Assembly: GCA_036172245.1 (NCBI GenBank) | Contig: JAYWIR010000034.1 | Span: forward strand, 124,001-188,000 | DNA length: 64,000 nucleotides | Source of the DNA: Raillietiella orientalis | Taxonomy: Eukaryota | Direction of reading: 5' to 3' | In this document: one piece after another, positions 24,046-37,610 of the stretch | How the letters are laid out: each line of letters opens with the position of its first letter | How positions within the stretch are numbered: the stretch's first letter is position 1 | Position numbers and translations under genes: made by a program | Notes under the pieces: model-generated | Told to the model about the DNA's origin: nothing | The model's input: only the letters and a program-made list of their open reading frames with translations | Database searches by the model: none

Positions 24046-27000
24046 TCAAGGTTTGGCACCATGTTCGAAAAACAGTCGGTGTGTCGTCCGAAAACAAATT
24101 TCACTTAGCACTGAGGGCTCGATCCTTTTGACTGCAGCCACCACTTCCAAAATTTGTCTGAAAGTACCCTCAGTACCACATGATGCCCCGTTGCACTCAC
24201 ATCATGTTGCAAGGTTCGTTTCTCCCCTTGATTAAAAAACCGGGCTCCCATTTCTCCTTTTTTCTGCTGGGAAACCAAGTACGAACATATCTGGCACTGG
24301 CATGGGTTGATTTGATCTCACACCACGGTGAATCTGTCTCTAGAATGATCCTATCCACCGGAATTTCAGCCAATACTTGAAGATTAGCATCAGTTTTCAA
24401 AGAGCTAAAAATGAACTTCAATTACAATACACAGTATTTGCACTTTGAAAAGCAGCAATGAACATAACTATGTCTTTTCCTAGGACCTACATTACTGGAC
24501 TTGAATGAAACTGATAACTTCGAAAAATACAATTCATACACGTGTACATGCCAGCAAGAGTGCCTCTACGGCACTACTGCTGTCGTGGAGTAAAATGTTT
24601 GGGATGATTGGGGAACTATTCAGGAAGAATTTAGCAACAGAATGAATAAATTAAACGTTCAGGAAATAAATCAAGTTGTACGTTCAGAATATATTTATCT
24701 TCAAATCACGTTTCTTCATATTGATCGTGCAATTAATTCATCCCTTGATCAGCTTGTCAGGTAATTAATGAGTAAATCGGAATCCATAATTGTGGAAAAA
24801 GGGAGTAACTTTACGTGGATCGTTCGGTTCCCGGGGAAGGTTTCGTTCCTGCATCCTTGCGAAAGGTTCCATCCCTCGCCCTGGCATTCGTGTCCGCAAG
24901 GGTTCAAAATACCTAAACCACGCGAAAAACAAACACGTGCACCCGTTCCGAGTAGACAAACATATGGATTTACGTGTACACATTGGTTACCACTATCAAG
25001 ATATGCTTAACAAAAATTATTCGTTTCTTTAAATGTACATAAGATAAACAGAAACTGCTTAATAAAACTTACAGCTAAGTATTACCCATTCGTTAGAAAA
25101 AAAGACATTCAAATCAACCAGTTTCATTCACATTGATTAAATGGATTGCTGTTCATTTAAAGAGGTGATCGTGATCATGGAGATTATATTAAGCTATCGA
25201 CGTAATTGCCCTTTGTACAAATGGGATTTTATTTTATGAAGACGCTACATATTCTTTCAAAATCCTCCCTCTCCAAACTTCTACAGCTATACTTCCTCCA
25301 AAACTAACATGTGCAGTGAAAAAGAGAACAGCAACATAATCTTTCAAAAACACGATTTAGGTCACGTTGCACATAATCCAATAGCTAAAACACGGCTTGT
25401 GAGCTGCATACATAAATACACAAGGTCATGCCACTGCAAACCTCACAACTGCGCAATGGGTACATCTTCCCAATACCATTCAAGCAACATACAAAGGTTT
25501 ATGTAGAAATTAAATTCATAGTCGATGTCTGGCGGATAATTATAATATATAACAAAACCCAACTTGAATATTTATGGCATCTGAAGTTTCTGCGGCTATG
25601 TATTTAAAGCAGAAATTCCAAATAAAGTATCAGAGTTGGAACTCGATCTCTTTAACATGAAATTTATTACTCATTCACCTTTTAATATAAAAGGTTCTTC
25701 AATATAAAAAAAACAATTAATCTTCAAGAGATTCGCATCAACTCAAAAACTAACAGATACTTCTTCACTTTTACATATGCAACACAGAAAGTACAATAGC
25801 TGAGTCGCAAAGTACCAAAAATTCCTGCAAATATTCCTTTATGTTCCATTCTCAACACTGTATAATCCACACACGAAAGAGAGCCAGCAAAAACACAAAA
25901 CCAAAACTATGATGAACAAAAAAACTTTCCATGAAAATTAAGCAACATATGATTTAACAATGTAGTGAAAATGCAATATCTAAATGTTTTCTTGTTTGCA
26001 TTTGATTCTGTGGATTTTTGGATTAAGATGAGTACTGAAAAATTATTCAGAATTTTGTACAATCTTTCAATATTCCATTAGTGAATTCTACAAAAGCAGT
26101 TCAAGTCCATTTTTATACTATCAAATGCGGGGACGAAATCTAAAACTGATACCTTTTTGTATTCACAATAAAGCCATGTTGTTTTTATACCACAGGCTGA
26201 TGTTCGAATAATATCAATTGATATTTTGAAGAAACTTCTAATTTAGTACTGGTTTTCTGATAAGAAATGCACTGCAGGAAAAAACACATGGTGCCCTCCA
26301 GGAAGCCATACTCACACATTAGGAGGAACTGTGAATTCAAAGACAAGTAAAACCAGATTGAATTTGCATCACATGTTTTTACATTTCTGTGGTGTAAACT
26401 TCTTACTAAGCACTGAAACACTATGAACACACATATCACTTAGACTGCATTGTTTTTATCTGCTAATTCCTCATTAAATCACTCCTGAAATTATTCCATT
26501 TTCAATAATAAATGCTTGAAAATGAAAAAACTCTATCAACAGTGGGACTATTTAAAACAGAAAAAAATAGCCTGAAATATTAAATATCTTAATATTTATT
26601 AATATTAATACTTGGGATTCAAAGTGAGAAGTTTGCATTTCAAATATCTTGATGAACATAATGCACTTTGAATCTGAAGACTATTATTTGTAATTTGTAA
26701 ATATTGACATGATTTTGCAATATTTACAAATTAATTGTTATTGCCATAACAAGGTAAAACTGGTCTAACAGCTGGCCAGAAAAATGCGAAAGATTCCCAT
26801 GGAACAAGAATGAGACTGCTAAAAAGCAACCCTTTCACATGCTGGATCTACTGTCATACAAATGATACGTTTATATTATCTGAAATCTCCGATCAGGTCT
26901 TACAAAAGCCATTTTCATGCTTCAAAAGCACATAGGACAAACAAATTAATTATCCTGAATTTAAATTACACACTCTTGTTTAGATGCTGTGTTTATCATT

Positions 27001-29344
27001 ATTTACAATCTTATTTACTTGTTGTTCCTCGGTATTTCATCCTCTCAAAAATGTTTTGCATTTTATCCTTTACAAAAACCAGAGAGAATATCAAAGCTAA
27101 TGACAATCAATCTTGCTATCATTCATAGATTGCACCTCACAAAAAATTAAACGCTTCATTGATAACCCAAATAATCCCCTTTATATACACAACTGACAAA
27201 TTTATGCTTGAATGAAAACATATGGTGATGTGTTAACAAAAAAGACAGTAGTGAAGATACCTAATGGAAACTGAATAACTTCTCAGGTTTGTTCCTGCAT
27301 ATAAAAATTCTGCAAAACAGTACTAATGGAACCAAATGACAAACTTCCAAGACTTGAAAACAATATCTCTGATCTGAGAAGTAGCACAATCAGAATGAAA
27401 AAGAAACTAACTGAAGTTTAAAAGGAGTAATGCAATCATAGAAACTCTTTGGATAGCACACTGTTCTCAGAATATAAGTCAAATCTCTGAATGAAGATGT
27501 AAAAATAGAAATTGAAACCAGAACTATGATTGGCAAAATTGATGATTCTGATGGAAATCCAAATAAGGAATCATTTAACAAGAAGTAAAAAGTTGTCATT
27601 AAAACAGTGAACATCAACAAAGTAAAATTGAAAACATGAAATAAAGAATTCGAAATTAGTATATTTGCCAGAAATTCTTACCAAATAAGAACAGAAAGAT
27701 GAATTTAATGTTCGGATCACTTTATGAACAATCTATTTGAAAAAAAATAATAAGACAGAACATAATACAATAATTACAGAAGCTAGTCATGATGACTGAA
27801 AATCATGGATAAAAACAGTAAATAACATTCTAGTGACTGGAATCAGCAGACCATACCAAGTTATTGAGGAACTCATTGATAAACAGGAAACCATAACATT
27901 TGAAAAGCACCAAATTCAAAATGCTTTAGCAAAATAATGAATGAATAATTGGTTACAAATGATAAATCCATTCCTAGTTAGAATCATGTGCCATAAAACT
28001 GAAATACATCTTACCAACCATTGATTCCTATATGAAAACCTAATTTGATAAAATTTTCAGCATCTTCCAATGTACCATCAAATGAATGTACTATTCCACA
28101 AAATGAAGATCCACATCTAGCCACTATGGATAAAAAGTCACTAGAAGCATTACGACAGTGTAAAAACAATGGTAATCCAATGGTGCCCAATGACTGTAGC
28201 TGTAATTCAAAATACCTAAAATTTAGTCCAATTAGACAACAAGTAATGATAATTACGTACTTTTTTTGAATATGCTTGGCACAAAATTGCAATCTGTCAT
28301 AGTCCAGTCCAATTTCCCCAATGGCCACTATCTGTTTTTCATGGCTTAGAGCAAGGGACCTCATCTCATTCAACAGAACACTTGGATCATCAGAATTTTC
28401 AAGTTCCTCACAATGTGTAGGATGAAAACCTACTGTAGTATATAATCTTTGAGTAACTAAAAAAGGAAATAAATAAATTACGTTTAATCATCTGAGCCGC
28501 ATGTAACTCAAAATGTATTGAATGAATGTGCACAACACATTTACTTATACATCATGTACAGCTTTCTCTCTGTTCTACATTAACAGCCAGATTTTTCAGT
28601 ATTCTCTAACTTTATTTTACAATTTGTCGAGATTTGTGCGATTAGAAATATAATGTTCAAACTATTAAAGAATTCTCAAAGTTCTTTGACTTAAAAAAAA
28701 CTGACTGGACATCTTATACTCCATTCAAAGTATTGAAAGCCTTATTCAAAAAACTGCTTTATGTTAGCTAGTTTTGCATTCAGTACTTTGCACCTCCAGC
28801 AGTGTGCAACTCTTGTGCAAATTACCATCCTACATGTAAAAACGCATCATTTTATGTTGATGAAACTGGAATGACTTAATAAATTGTGCTTCATAAATAT
28901 AAAATATGAAATATAAGATGTTTTATAACTATAAATGTAAATACAAAATGCGTGCTGGTTTTCGCAAACCTCCAATATTCCGAAAAGATAAATGATTCAC
29001 CATCATTTTTAATCATTTCCAAGGCTGTCTTCAGGGTGCCAAAGTTTACAGAGGTTATAATTATTTTTTGCAAACCATTCTTCCATGCTCTTTCAAGTAC
29101 ATGGGTTATATCACTTGCATGTTTGCGATGACCGTTATAGATACCCTGGTACATTAAATCTGTCAGATTTGATCCAACATCTATAAGAAGAGACAAAAAA
29201 AAAAAATTTCAAGCTTTCACACAATGTACGAAATCAATATAAGCATATAAAATTTATCAAGCATGTGAGATTTCAGCGCATTTTTGTACTATTCTGTTCG
29301 CACAATTAAAAGAACTAAAAGAATTTACCAATAAACTTATACAT
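24046..29344 (-). CDS. TATDN1: TatD family deoxyribonuclease (TATDN1 orthologue), 6 exons, 302 aa
   Basis: Exons 29344-29329, 29180-29001, 28456-28261, 28215-28015, 24404-24201, 24157-24046 (909 nt, phases consistent). Motifs: MYKFIDVGSNLTDLMYQG, TVGFHPT, AIGEIGLDYDR, LPLFLHCRN, VHSFDGT, IGINGCSLKT, ILETDSPWC, KGRNEPCN. Confidence 0.95.
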
Positions 29345-31171
29345 TGAATTCATTTCAATCTGAGCAAGAGGCTTGCACTTGTCATACCAATGCTGCGAGA
29401 ACGCCAACGGTTGTTTCTTAGGATATACTGAAGAGAAAGACAAAAACAGAATTGAGAAACCATCCGATTAGAAGCACAAACAACGAGATGTTCATTAAAT
29501 TATCACGATAAGAAAGAACTGCGTTAAAAAAACACACAATCTTGCGGCAAGACGACCCACAGACTTTACTGTAAGACGATTATAACTGCTTCACTGCACT
29601 CCGGATTATCTTTACTATAAGAGATCCAAATCAGGGCTCCGCAGCATCCAAAACTGAGCAAAAAACATAACGGAGAAAGTCCTACATCAGCCCATATATC
29701 CTTTCAAAATTTCTGCTGAAATCTGAAAAATCTAAGAAAAAATGAAACAGAAACTAAGATTTCTTGAGAGAAGCATTTCTTCTCCCTTATCATATTCGAT
29801 ACTGAATTTTTATTTGTAATCGGGAATGGATTCATCACCTTATCGTGTGGAAAATGGAAAGCATTTGGTGTCATAGGATGAAATCCTTTGAAGGTACAGT
29901 TATCAGATATTTCTGTATATGAAACCAACTTTTAGCTACTTGTTTTCTAAATCAATACTGAAATACAACACTTCCAGAGTTTTAGTGTAAATTCTGATTC
30001 TTCGAAGTAATGCAACTATACTTACTACCACTTTTATCAATAATTTACACAGTTGTCTTTTATTATGAAATGAACAGAAGATCTATTTCTATTAATAGAT
30101 TGTTTGATCATAAAATGAAACTATAATAGACATGTTTCTATGTTTCTTCAAAAGTAAAACTTTTCTTCATAGATTACAACAAAGTTGTACTTATGTACAA
30201 ATATGAATTAAGAAAGGATTTTGCTTCACTACATTTCTTAGAAGCGAGCTATAAAAGAATGAAAATTCATTCTAGCTATCCTTGTGTTCTTCAGGAATAA
30301 CAGTTCTTACTATATTTTATTGAAAACGAAAAAAATGAAAGAAAACTCCTGAATGGCATGTATATTAACTATATTATAAAGTGACAACTCAGCCATCAAG
30401 CTTCAGGAATCTCTTCTGAAATGGGTAAGAATGGTAGAGGAAAACTGCACATTGCGTAGATATTTTTCCTAATTTCACGAAGTCATGTCCTTGTAAGGTT
30501 GCTATCTTACAAAGCATTCCATCTCCCCTAGATAGTAATCATCTCTTTAATAAGTCATCTTAACTCGATAAATTAAATTGCTTGGAAATTGCTTTTCTTG
30601 ACCATGTCACTTGAATAACAATATTAGGGATAGAGTACAAGAGAAAATAAATTAATAAATTTGATGAATTGATTGACTTCGATACTATGATAAACACATT
30701 GCTTAATAGGATCCCCAGCATTTACAGCTCAACATAAGAAAAGTTGGTTTCAATTTTTCGTGGCTAAAAGTCTTTGAATAATTTTAGCCAAAAGCACGTC
30801 AAGGTTAGGGCTTCTTGACTGTCACATGATTGAAGAATCGCTAGCCGACTTGGAGTAACTCAAAGCATGTTTCAAGGAAAAATCAATGGTTAACGAACAA
30901 AACAAATAATGCCTTCGAAATACGGCAATTTTTCACAGATACCTAAATCATATTTTAATCTTTTTTGTGGATTATGGCTTAATAGCTAACAAATATATAG
31001 CCAAGCTAACCAAAAAGCGTCGTTCGCTGACTACGAATTCAATCAACAATCATTATTCTGCTCAATATATAGTCTAACTCTCACATAATAATTACAATAT
31101 CAAAAGTACTCAGCCGTTAATACGGTAATGGTCTGCTGTTTTGGAGAAATGCAATATCTGTTTCTATCTCT

Positions 31172-31587
31172 TTATTTTAATGAAGCGGCAGATGAGTTCC
31201 AGTTGTGATTTTCTCCATGCTGTTCCGTCAGTTGCTTCACGAAGTGAAACAGCGTCAAGTAGAGTTTTTCCTGAAACAAGCTATTTGGAATGTGGATGTC
31301 TTTAGCTTTTTTGTCAGAGTGATTGTTCAAATGCCCTGATTGTATGTCATACTCTTACCAGTTTAATATCCTCAACTGGTCTACCTATTGAGAATGCACA
31401 TCCAAATGAGAGCTGTAATTCTGAGTCAAATCTGTTAAAACATGCTTATAGCTTTTGCATTACTTATTCATGAGGACGATCTTTTTTTAATTACTTAAAG
31501 ACAACAACAGTGGTATTTCCACTGACACGGAGCAGTAGTTGTTGTATGTATTGCTTTTCAATTCCAGAGAAAAGCATATGGCTACTC
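31172..31587 (-). CDS. 3' part of a possible small spliced gene of unknown product; 5' exons unresolved (perhaps to about 32200)
   Basis: Three phase-compatible exons (31587-31495, 31431-31359, 31270-31172) with GT-AG introns give SSHMLFSGIEKQYIQQLLLRVSGNTTVVVFKFDSELQLSFGCAFSIGRPVEDIKLEKLYLTLFHFVKQLTEQHGENHNWNSSAASLK*. No homology recognised. Confidence 0.35.
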
Positions 31588-33011
31588 CTAATAAATAACT
31601 AATAGAAGAAAACAAGAGAAAAAAACAAAATTTTGCTTAAAAATTTCATTGCTCTGCCCCTGAATGATTTTAAGCGAAACGTGTTGATTCTGAATACAGC
31701 AAATCACTAATCGATTTGAGAATCCCTCGTTTTTCTGATCAAAATGAAGTAATTCTATTATTTATTTAGCATTGTTATGTTCGAGTTCTTAAAAGCCGGT
31801 AGTATAGATGCTGAAGATTCCTTACTCTTATTGAACACATCTAGGCAGTTAAGCAATGAGCCTCATAGTTTTCTTAATATAGATTGCCATCTTTGTTTTG
31901 TAAAAGCTGTAAACAAGAAACCACTTGCTTCATTCTCGCTCATCAGTTGAGATTAGTGGCTTTCTCCTCCCACTCCTTTCTGCCTCGGATAAGCCATTCT
32001 CATCAAACAATACAGCCATAACACGTGGAGGGAAATACTGTACGAAAAGGTACCAAAACTTACCCTCGAGTTCAGAACATGACATATATGATTTAAGGTG
32101 AACTACTGCAGTTTCGAAACAAAAATCCCCTGATAGATGCAGATACCAAGGCCTTATGAACTGAGCAGCTGAATGCATCGCTTTGTCAGCTTGCACGATC
32201 TTAACAGCACATAGTGTGGAATCGTTTCGAAGAGAAAAAAAATACTTCCAGAATCGGACTACAGTGTCTGTCTTTTTATTCTGGTATCCTATCTTGCTTT
32301 CTGATGGATCATGTAACTAACACCCTCTTTAGCATGACACAATTATATCCAGCAGTACATTAGATTATGGGCAACCTTCACCTCAATAACTATTCTATTT
32401 CAGGCACAAACCGATGAAGAACTGTGGAACTCTTGAGACACCCTGAAAGAAAAATGGACGCAATTCGAAAGAACAATTGTGCCATTTGAAAAATATGTGG
32501 AAATCAGACCGCTGTTTCTGATAACTCATATTCATTATAGGAGTCTAGCCCTCATCCTTGGGCGAAAGGCAAAACGAGATCAAAAGCACATGTTGTACAT
32601 GTTGAGGATTCCGTCCAGGAAAACTTCCTAGAAGCTTTCTGAGACTTGGAATTTAGGATGCCCCTCCCGCTCTAGAGCTAAGATCAAAGTCATGAAGCGA
32701 TCGGTCACAGCTAGAGTACTTGAAAGAGGACTAGGAACTGCCACCACCCACTCCTTTCATCCTCCCTACACGGAAAGCATCCCTTCGTGTAGGGCGCTCG
32801 CAGCTCGCTCGGCATAGTGGAGGCGGGAATCGCAGGCGCCCGGTTCGCGCCAAGCTGACTGAGCAGCCGGGGGATGCGCGCGCGCTATCCGCAGGCAGAA
32901 CACCCTGCTAGTCAGCCTCCGGAGGCACGCTGGGACGTTTATTTCATGAGAAATAAACATTTAGAAAGTTTGTGAAAGGACTAATGGTTCAACCACGTTC
33001 ATTTCAAATGG

Positions 33012-34100
33012 AACCTGCCGGGTTGCCGGTACGCAGACAGGTGAGATCCGCCACGGCAGCAGAGGGGAGAGGACAAACAAAAAGAAAAGGAAACAAAGAT
33101 GAAAAAATAATCTAGGACGGGTGCGGGAAGGGGTCACAGTCTGCTGTGGGCGATCCTCTGTATCCTTTTGAGGATGCCGACAAGTTCACTCCACATACTT
33201 TCCAGGTGTTGCTACCATCCTCATGAAGCGGAAGGCAAAGTGGATGGCATCTCTGTAGCTCAGTCCTCCTCTTTCATCGCTCCAGTCCGCTACAATCCCA
33301 CCTGAGCAGCTAAGAGCTGCTAGGGAGGCTGCTGGACGAAGGGCGTTGCTTACTAGGAGGGGTTTCAAGGCATCCTTGGAGTTGCATCCGGGGGTTCCTA
33401 GGGTCGCAACAAGCGTTCCCAGAGAAGAACAGCACAATCCTCAAGCAGGCTTGGGAGAGATACTCGTTCCTCGCAGCTACTACAGTTCAGACGCAAATAT
33501 GCCGGGTCCAGTGATGCCAGCAGGCGTTGCGTGGAAGACCCAGTAGAATCGTCGACTCCCTCCACTTTAAGGGAAGGATGCGTGTGTCCAAGAGCACTGG
33601 GGGCCACTATAGATCTTCCAGCAGAATACCCAGTAGCTCACCCCAGCGCAGAAGTCCTCGAGGTAAGGCACTCGGGGTCGCAGTTTCCGTGAGCTGGTCC
33701 GTCGTCAACTCACTCAGTCCTTCTGTCCTTGTGGACATTTCCACGGAGAACTATCTAGTCGGGAGGAGGCTGCTGTCCATGTGCTCCTTCAGGGAGGGTC
33801 AGTCGGAGGGTAGGGGTCGTGGCGCGCCTCGATGGGCGCGCGTGCGACGGAGCTTTCCAGGAGGGTGGAGCAGCTGTTTCTTGCCATGCAACACCTTGCC
33901 AGAAAGTCCTCGAGCACCAGAGGATGCTCTGCCGACTTCAGCGACTGTAAGCTGCAGTCCACAGCGACTTGTAGGTCGGCTGAGTCTATTGGCCTGGGAG
34001 GGGGTATCGCGCATTCGCAAGTCCCGTACGTCTTCGCAATGCTCATTCGCACTCTAGCGCGGAACCGTATTTCTAGAGGAAAGAGGGATACGTCGGGTAA
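33012..34100 (-). mobile_element. 5'-truncated LINE 3' fragment, copy A (ORF2 C-terminus with Zn knuckle plus 3' UTR)
   Basis: Minus-strand NCSSCEERVSLPSLLEDCAVLLWE, then KDALKPLL...RDAIHFAFRFMRM. Clear nucleotide similarity to 58538-59520 and weaker similarity to 57015-58000. Confidence 0.7.
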
Positions 34101-34293
34101 CTTGAAGGGAACTATGGGGAATAAGGAAAAGGGGGAAATAAAAAGGAAGCCATGAGGAAATACGGCACTTTTCATTTGCTGGGGGTGCTGAGGGTGACTG
34201 CTGTTCACCGCATTCTGTGCAGGCAGGAAGCTGCACTCCACTTATGACTTCTGTTTTTCGCATGTATACATCGATACCTATGCAATTACATGA

Positions 34294-34342
<49 letters not shown>
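34294..34342. repeat. Compound microsatellite (AT)n(GA)n, followed by AT-rich low-complexity DNA to about 35045
   Basis: Directly visible. Confidence 0.95.
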
Positions 34343-34343
<1 letters not shown>

Positions 34344-35057
34344 AAATGTATTGGTATCAACATATATGTAAATACGAATACATACGTTCAAATAAATCGA
34401 CATTCATGAATGCTTGCATACACATATATACTGATATTCAAGTACATGTGAATATCAGTATACGATTTTATATCAATAAATGTATTTTCGCAACAAAATG
34501 CAAAGATCGATATAAACATATCTATATATCATATTAACAATATATAGTTATTTCATTCTACTGATATATGCATATTTTCGAATGAATGCATTTAAATTAC
34601 ATATGTATCAACGTCAATCCATATACATTCACATCAATACATATACACAGATTCGCATCAAAATAAATGCATTCTTATCAACCTAAATATAACTGCATCA
34701 GCATAATATCATTATTAGTCCATGGAAGTCGATGTTGACATGTATATCTGGATAGCATAATAAGTATGTCTTGAAATCCATAGATATATGTTCGAATGAA
34801 AGTACAGATGCTTTATCATCGTATAAATATCGAGCCATCAACGGATATGTAGGGTATAAATATACGTGTGACTTTCATTAAGAAGGTCAGTATCCATGTA
34901 CTGATCTTGCTATCAAAATGATTTTTCGTAAACAGATTTACACGTATTTATGAAATCCTATACACATACACGTATCTAAGTGCATATATTCACATTTATC
35001 TATATATAATTATACTTATATTTCTATTCATATACATATGCTTGTATCACTGTAAAG

Positions 35058-37610
35058 AGTAGCAAGAAAATGGAAAACATAAAGCGAACCCAAGTTCATT
35101 TTGCATGTTTTCTGTTGTTCTTCACTTTCCCAGCACTTTGCGAGTCGGAATTGTCTCAGGAAATGAAGAATTGCATTTCTAGGACATGGAGGATTCAGCT
35201 AACATACCCTGGTATGTGATTGCGGAAGTAGATTTATCGTACCCTTCTTCTCGTCCCATCATAATCACAAATACTGATGAATGCATACAGCACAGAATTC
35301 AATATCCGTACATATCTTATGATTTATCGTACATACTTTTGAAAGTAAACATCAAGGCGCATTCCGAGCTTCACAGGCAGACGGGGATGTTGAACTCTTT
35401 CTGTGTTCACCTGTGTTTAAAGCCAATGGTAGTCAGAAGCCACCTGTTGATAATGCATGCTACCATGGGTCTGGATTTCTAGACGAATATGCAAACTGAG
35501 TTCGCCATGCATAATTGGTCATATTCCGAAGCATGGAGTGTGAATCCGAAATAACATGTGAAGATGTATGTGACTCAGCACTGATAAACGCACTCCAATT
35601 AGTACAGTTCTCGATGGGTCTATTCAATCGATAGCTGCTTCTTTTTTGATATTTGCATCGCGGAACAGCACTTGTTGCCCTTGAAAACAAGATCTTTTAC
35701 ACATCACACTTGGTACCCAAAGCGAGAAGCTGTTGGTGGGTTTTGTTTAATTGGCGTATATGTATAATCAATGCCTCGTACTTAGAGAATGAAAAGTTTT
35801 CAAATTCAGTGTTTCTGTGTAAATTCTCTACGTAATTCTGATATGAATGAATGCTGAAGGAAGGTACGCTTTTCAAATCATATAACATGCATGTTTAACA
35901 TCCATCCATATAACATCCATACATGTTTCAAAACAGGTATGGATGTGTATTCAGATGAGAAGCAACATGAAAGTTCTCATCTGCAATCAAATTATTAGGT
36001 CTTCAGTGACCACACATTCTCGCGGAATATCCACATTGGAAAGTACAAAGGATGTGCCTTTTTTTCATGTTTTCAACACCAAGTGATGGCAATTCTTCTT
36101 CCTTCTTTTTAATCTCCTTTGTGTGCTCCGTTCCAACATAACTTGAGTTTCGTACACGAAGCCATTTCAACTGCTCTGCTGTGTGTTCACTTTTCATGTG
36201 ATCACTGCATTAATGACCAACAAGCAGCACAAACACTTAAAAAGCATTGATCTTGTTTTGTTGCTACTTGCAAATCCTTTTTTTATTGCGTAATTCCTTG
36301 AACAAATAAGAGTCGAAGACACCGAGGAACTTATCACATGTACTAAAAATTAGAACACGACAGAAGCAGAACCTTCCCTCCAAGTTGGGAATTAAAGAAC
36401 TATTGCGACGATTTTTTCAGCCGCACTTACACGTATAGCTGAGTTCTTCCCTTGCAAGCATTGGGCAAATTCTTTCTGAAAACCAAATTTCCGTTCCTTT
36501 GGGTTTCACTACAGTGAAAAATGGAATTGAAAAAAATGATGGGAATTCAGTAGTTTACCGTCCTCATAGTTGTTCAGGTGCCTCAGGAAAATTGAAGTGA
36601 ATTATAACATCGCGAAAAAATACCAAGCAGCAACGTTTTTCAAACTCAAGTTCAATTGCATATGGATGCAAGTCTCGATCTTCATACCTTCGTTTTCGAA
36701 GTCATCAGGATTAAATGAAATCCATCAGGATTCCAGTTTCAGGCTTTATTAGTAGCTTTTCCATTTTGCTTCATTTTCATTATATTCCCTGCAGTTAGCA
36801 GATGCACCAACATAGTGCGGAAATTTTTCTACCTTGCTCTCCACTTGTCATTCTTGCTGTTCTCTAGAAGACTGAATCCGCCTTTTTCCCCTAGATGTTA
36901 AAAACATATACCCAACGTTGGATTCCTTATAAACCTGGTGGCTCTCTTTACACGAAAGTGACCTGAAAACGTCTTCTCACAAAAACATTCCTATTTTCCT
37001 GAGCAATTTTTCACACTTTGCAATTCCATGCTTTCAATTGCTTCTGAAATTTTTTTGAAACGTACGGACTGCCAATATCAACAAAGGTGCCAGCATCAAC
37101 TATCTCAAACTTCTAATTGCAGCACAGAACGTCTCACATATTCGACAAGCAGAATATGTCTTTCATTTAATGTACCAGACAGTGTATCCAGAATTTTTAT
37201 GATCTTTGTGTCTACTCCCACCTCACTATGCGTTCTGCAGTTGGCATCACACCAAGTAAATTAGCAATTAGTACATCCAAGCGAACACGGTTTTCAACAA
37301 CATATTCAATAATTCCGCCAGTTCACCTCGAAATAGTAGAACTTGTTTTTTGAAAAAAATGTACACTGGACATCCGCTGCTGGAAACTGATAAATGACCT
37401 TATGTGCTGAATGGTCAGCATGCATTTGTTGATCGGAAAAGAAAATTTGTGGCGGTGATTCAAGTCTTTTAATAGTTCAAATTTTTCTCATTTCTCTTAT
37501 ATTAAAAAGCAGAGACATTCAATGTGATATGAAAAAATTGTGCGATAGTTAAACGAAAGCATCTTCAGAATTTTTGAGCCATCCCACTGCTGTGTTCCAG
37601 AAAATGCCAT
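35058..37610 (-). pseudogene. Decayed coding relic, possibly an endogenous viral element (orthomyxo-like PA?)
   Basis: Broken minus-strand frames with no splice pattern I could find; weak motif resemblance only (see findings). Confidence 0.2.

Noticed and set aside
31863..31865. In-frame TGA in a minus-strand frame as a possible selenocysteine codon
   Set aside because: No selenoprotein-like motif, no SECIS recognised, and the frame itself is unsupported.
32800..32860. A-box/B-box-like motifs (tagtgg...ggttcgcgcc) suggesting a tRNA or SINE
   Set aside because: Spacing is short and no cloverleaf could be folded.
36633..36648. Minus-strand CTGATGA-cttc-GAAA, resembling a minimal hammerhead ribozyme core
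   Set aside because: Stem III and stem I pairings could not be formed around it.
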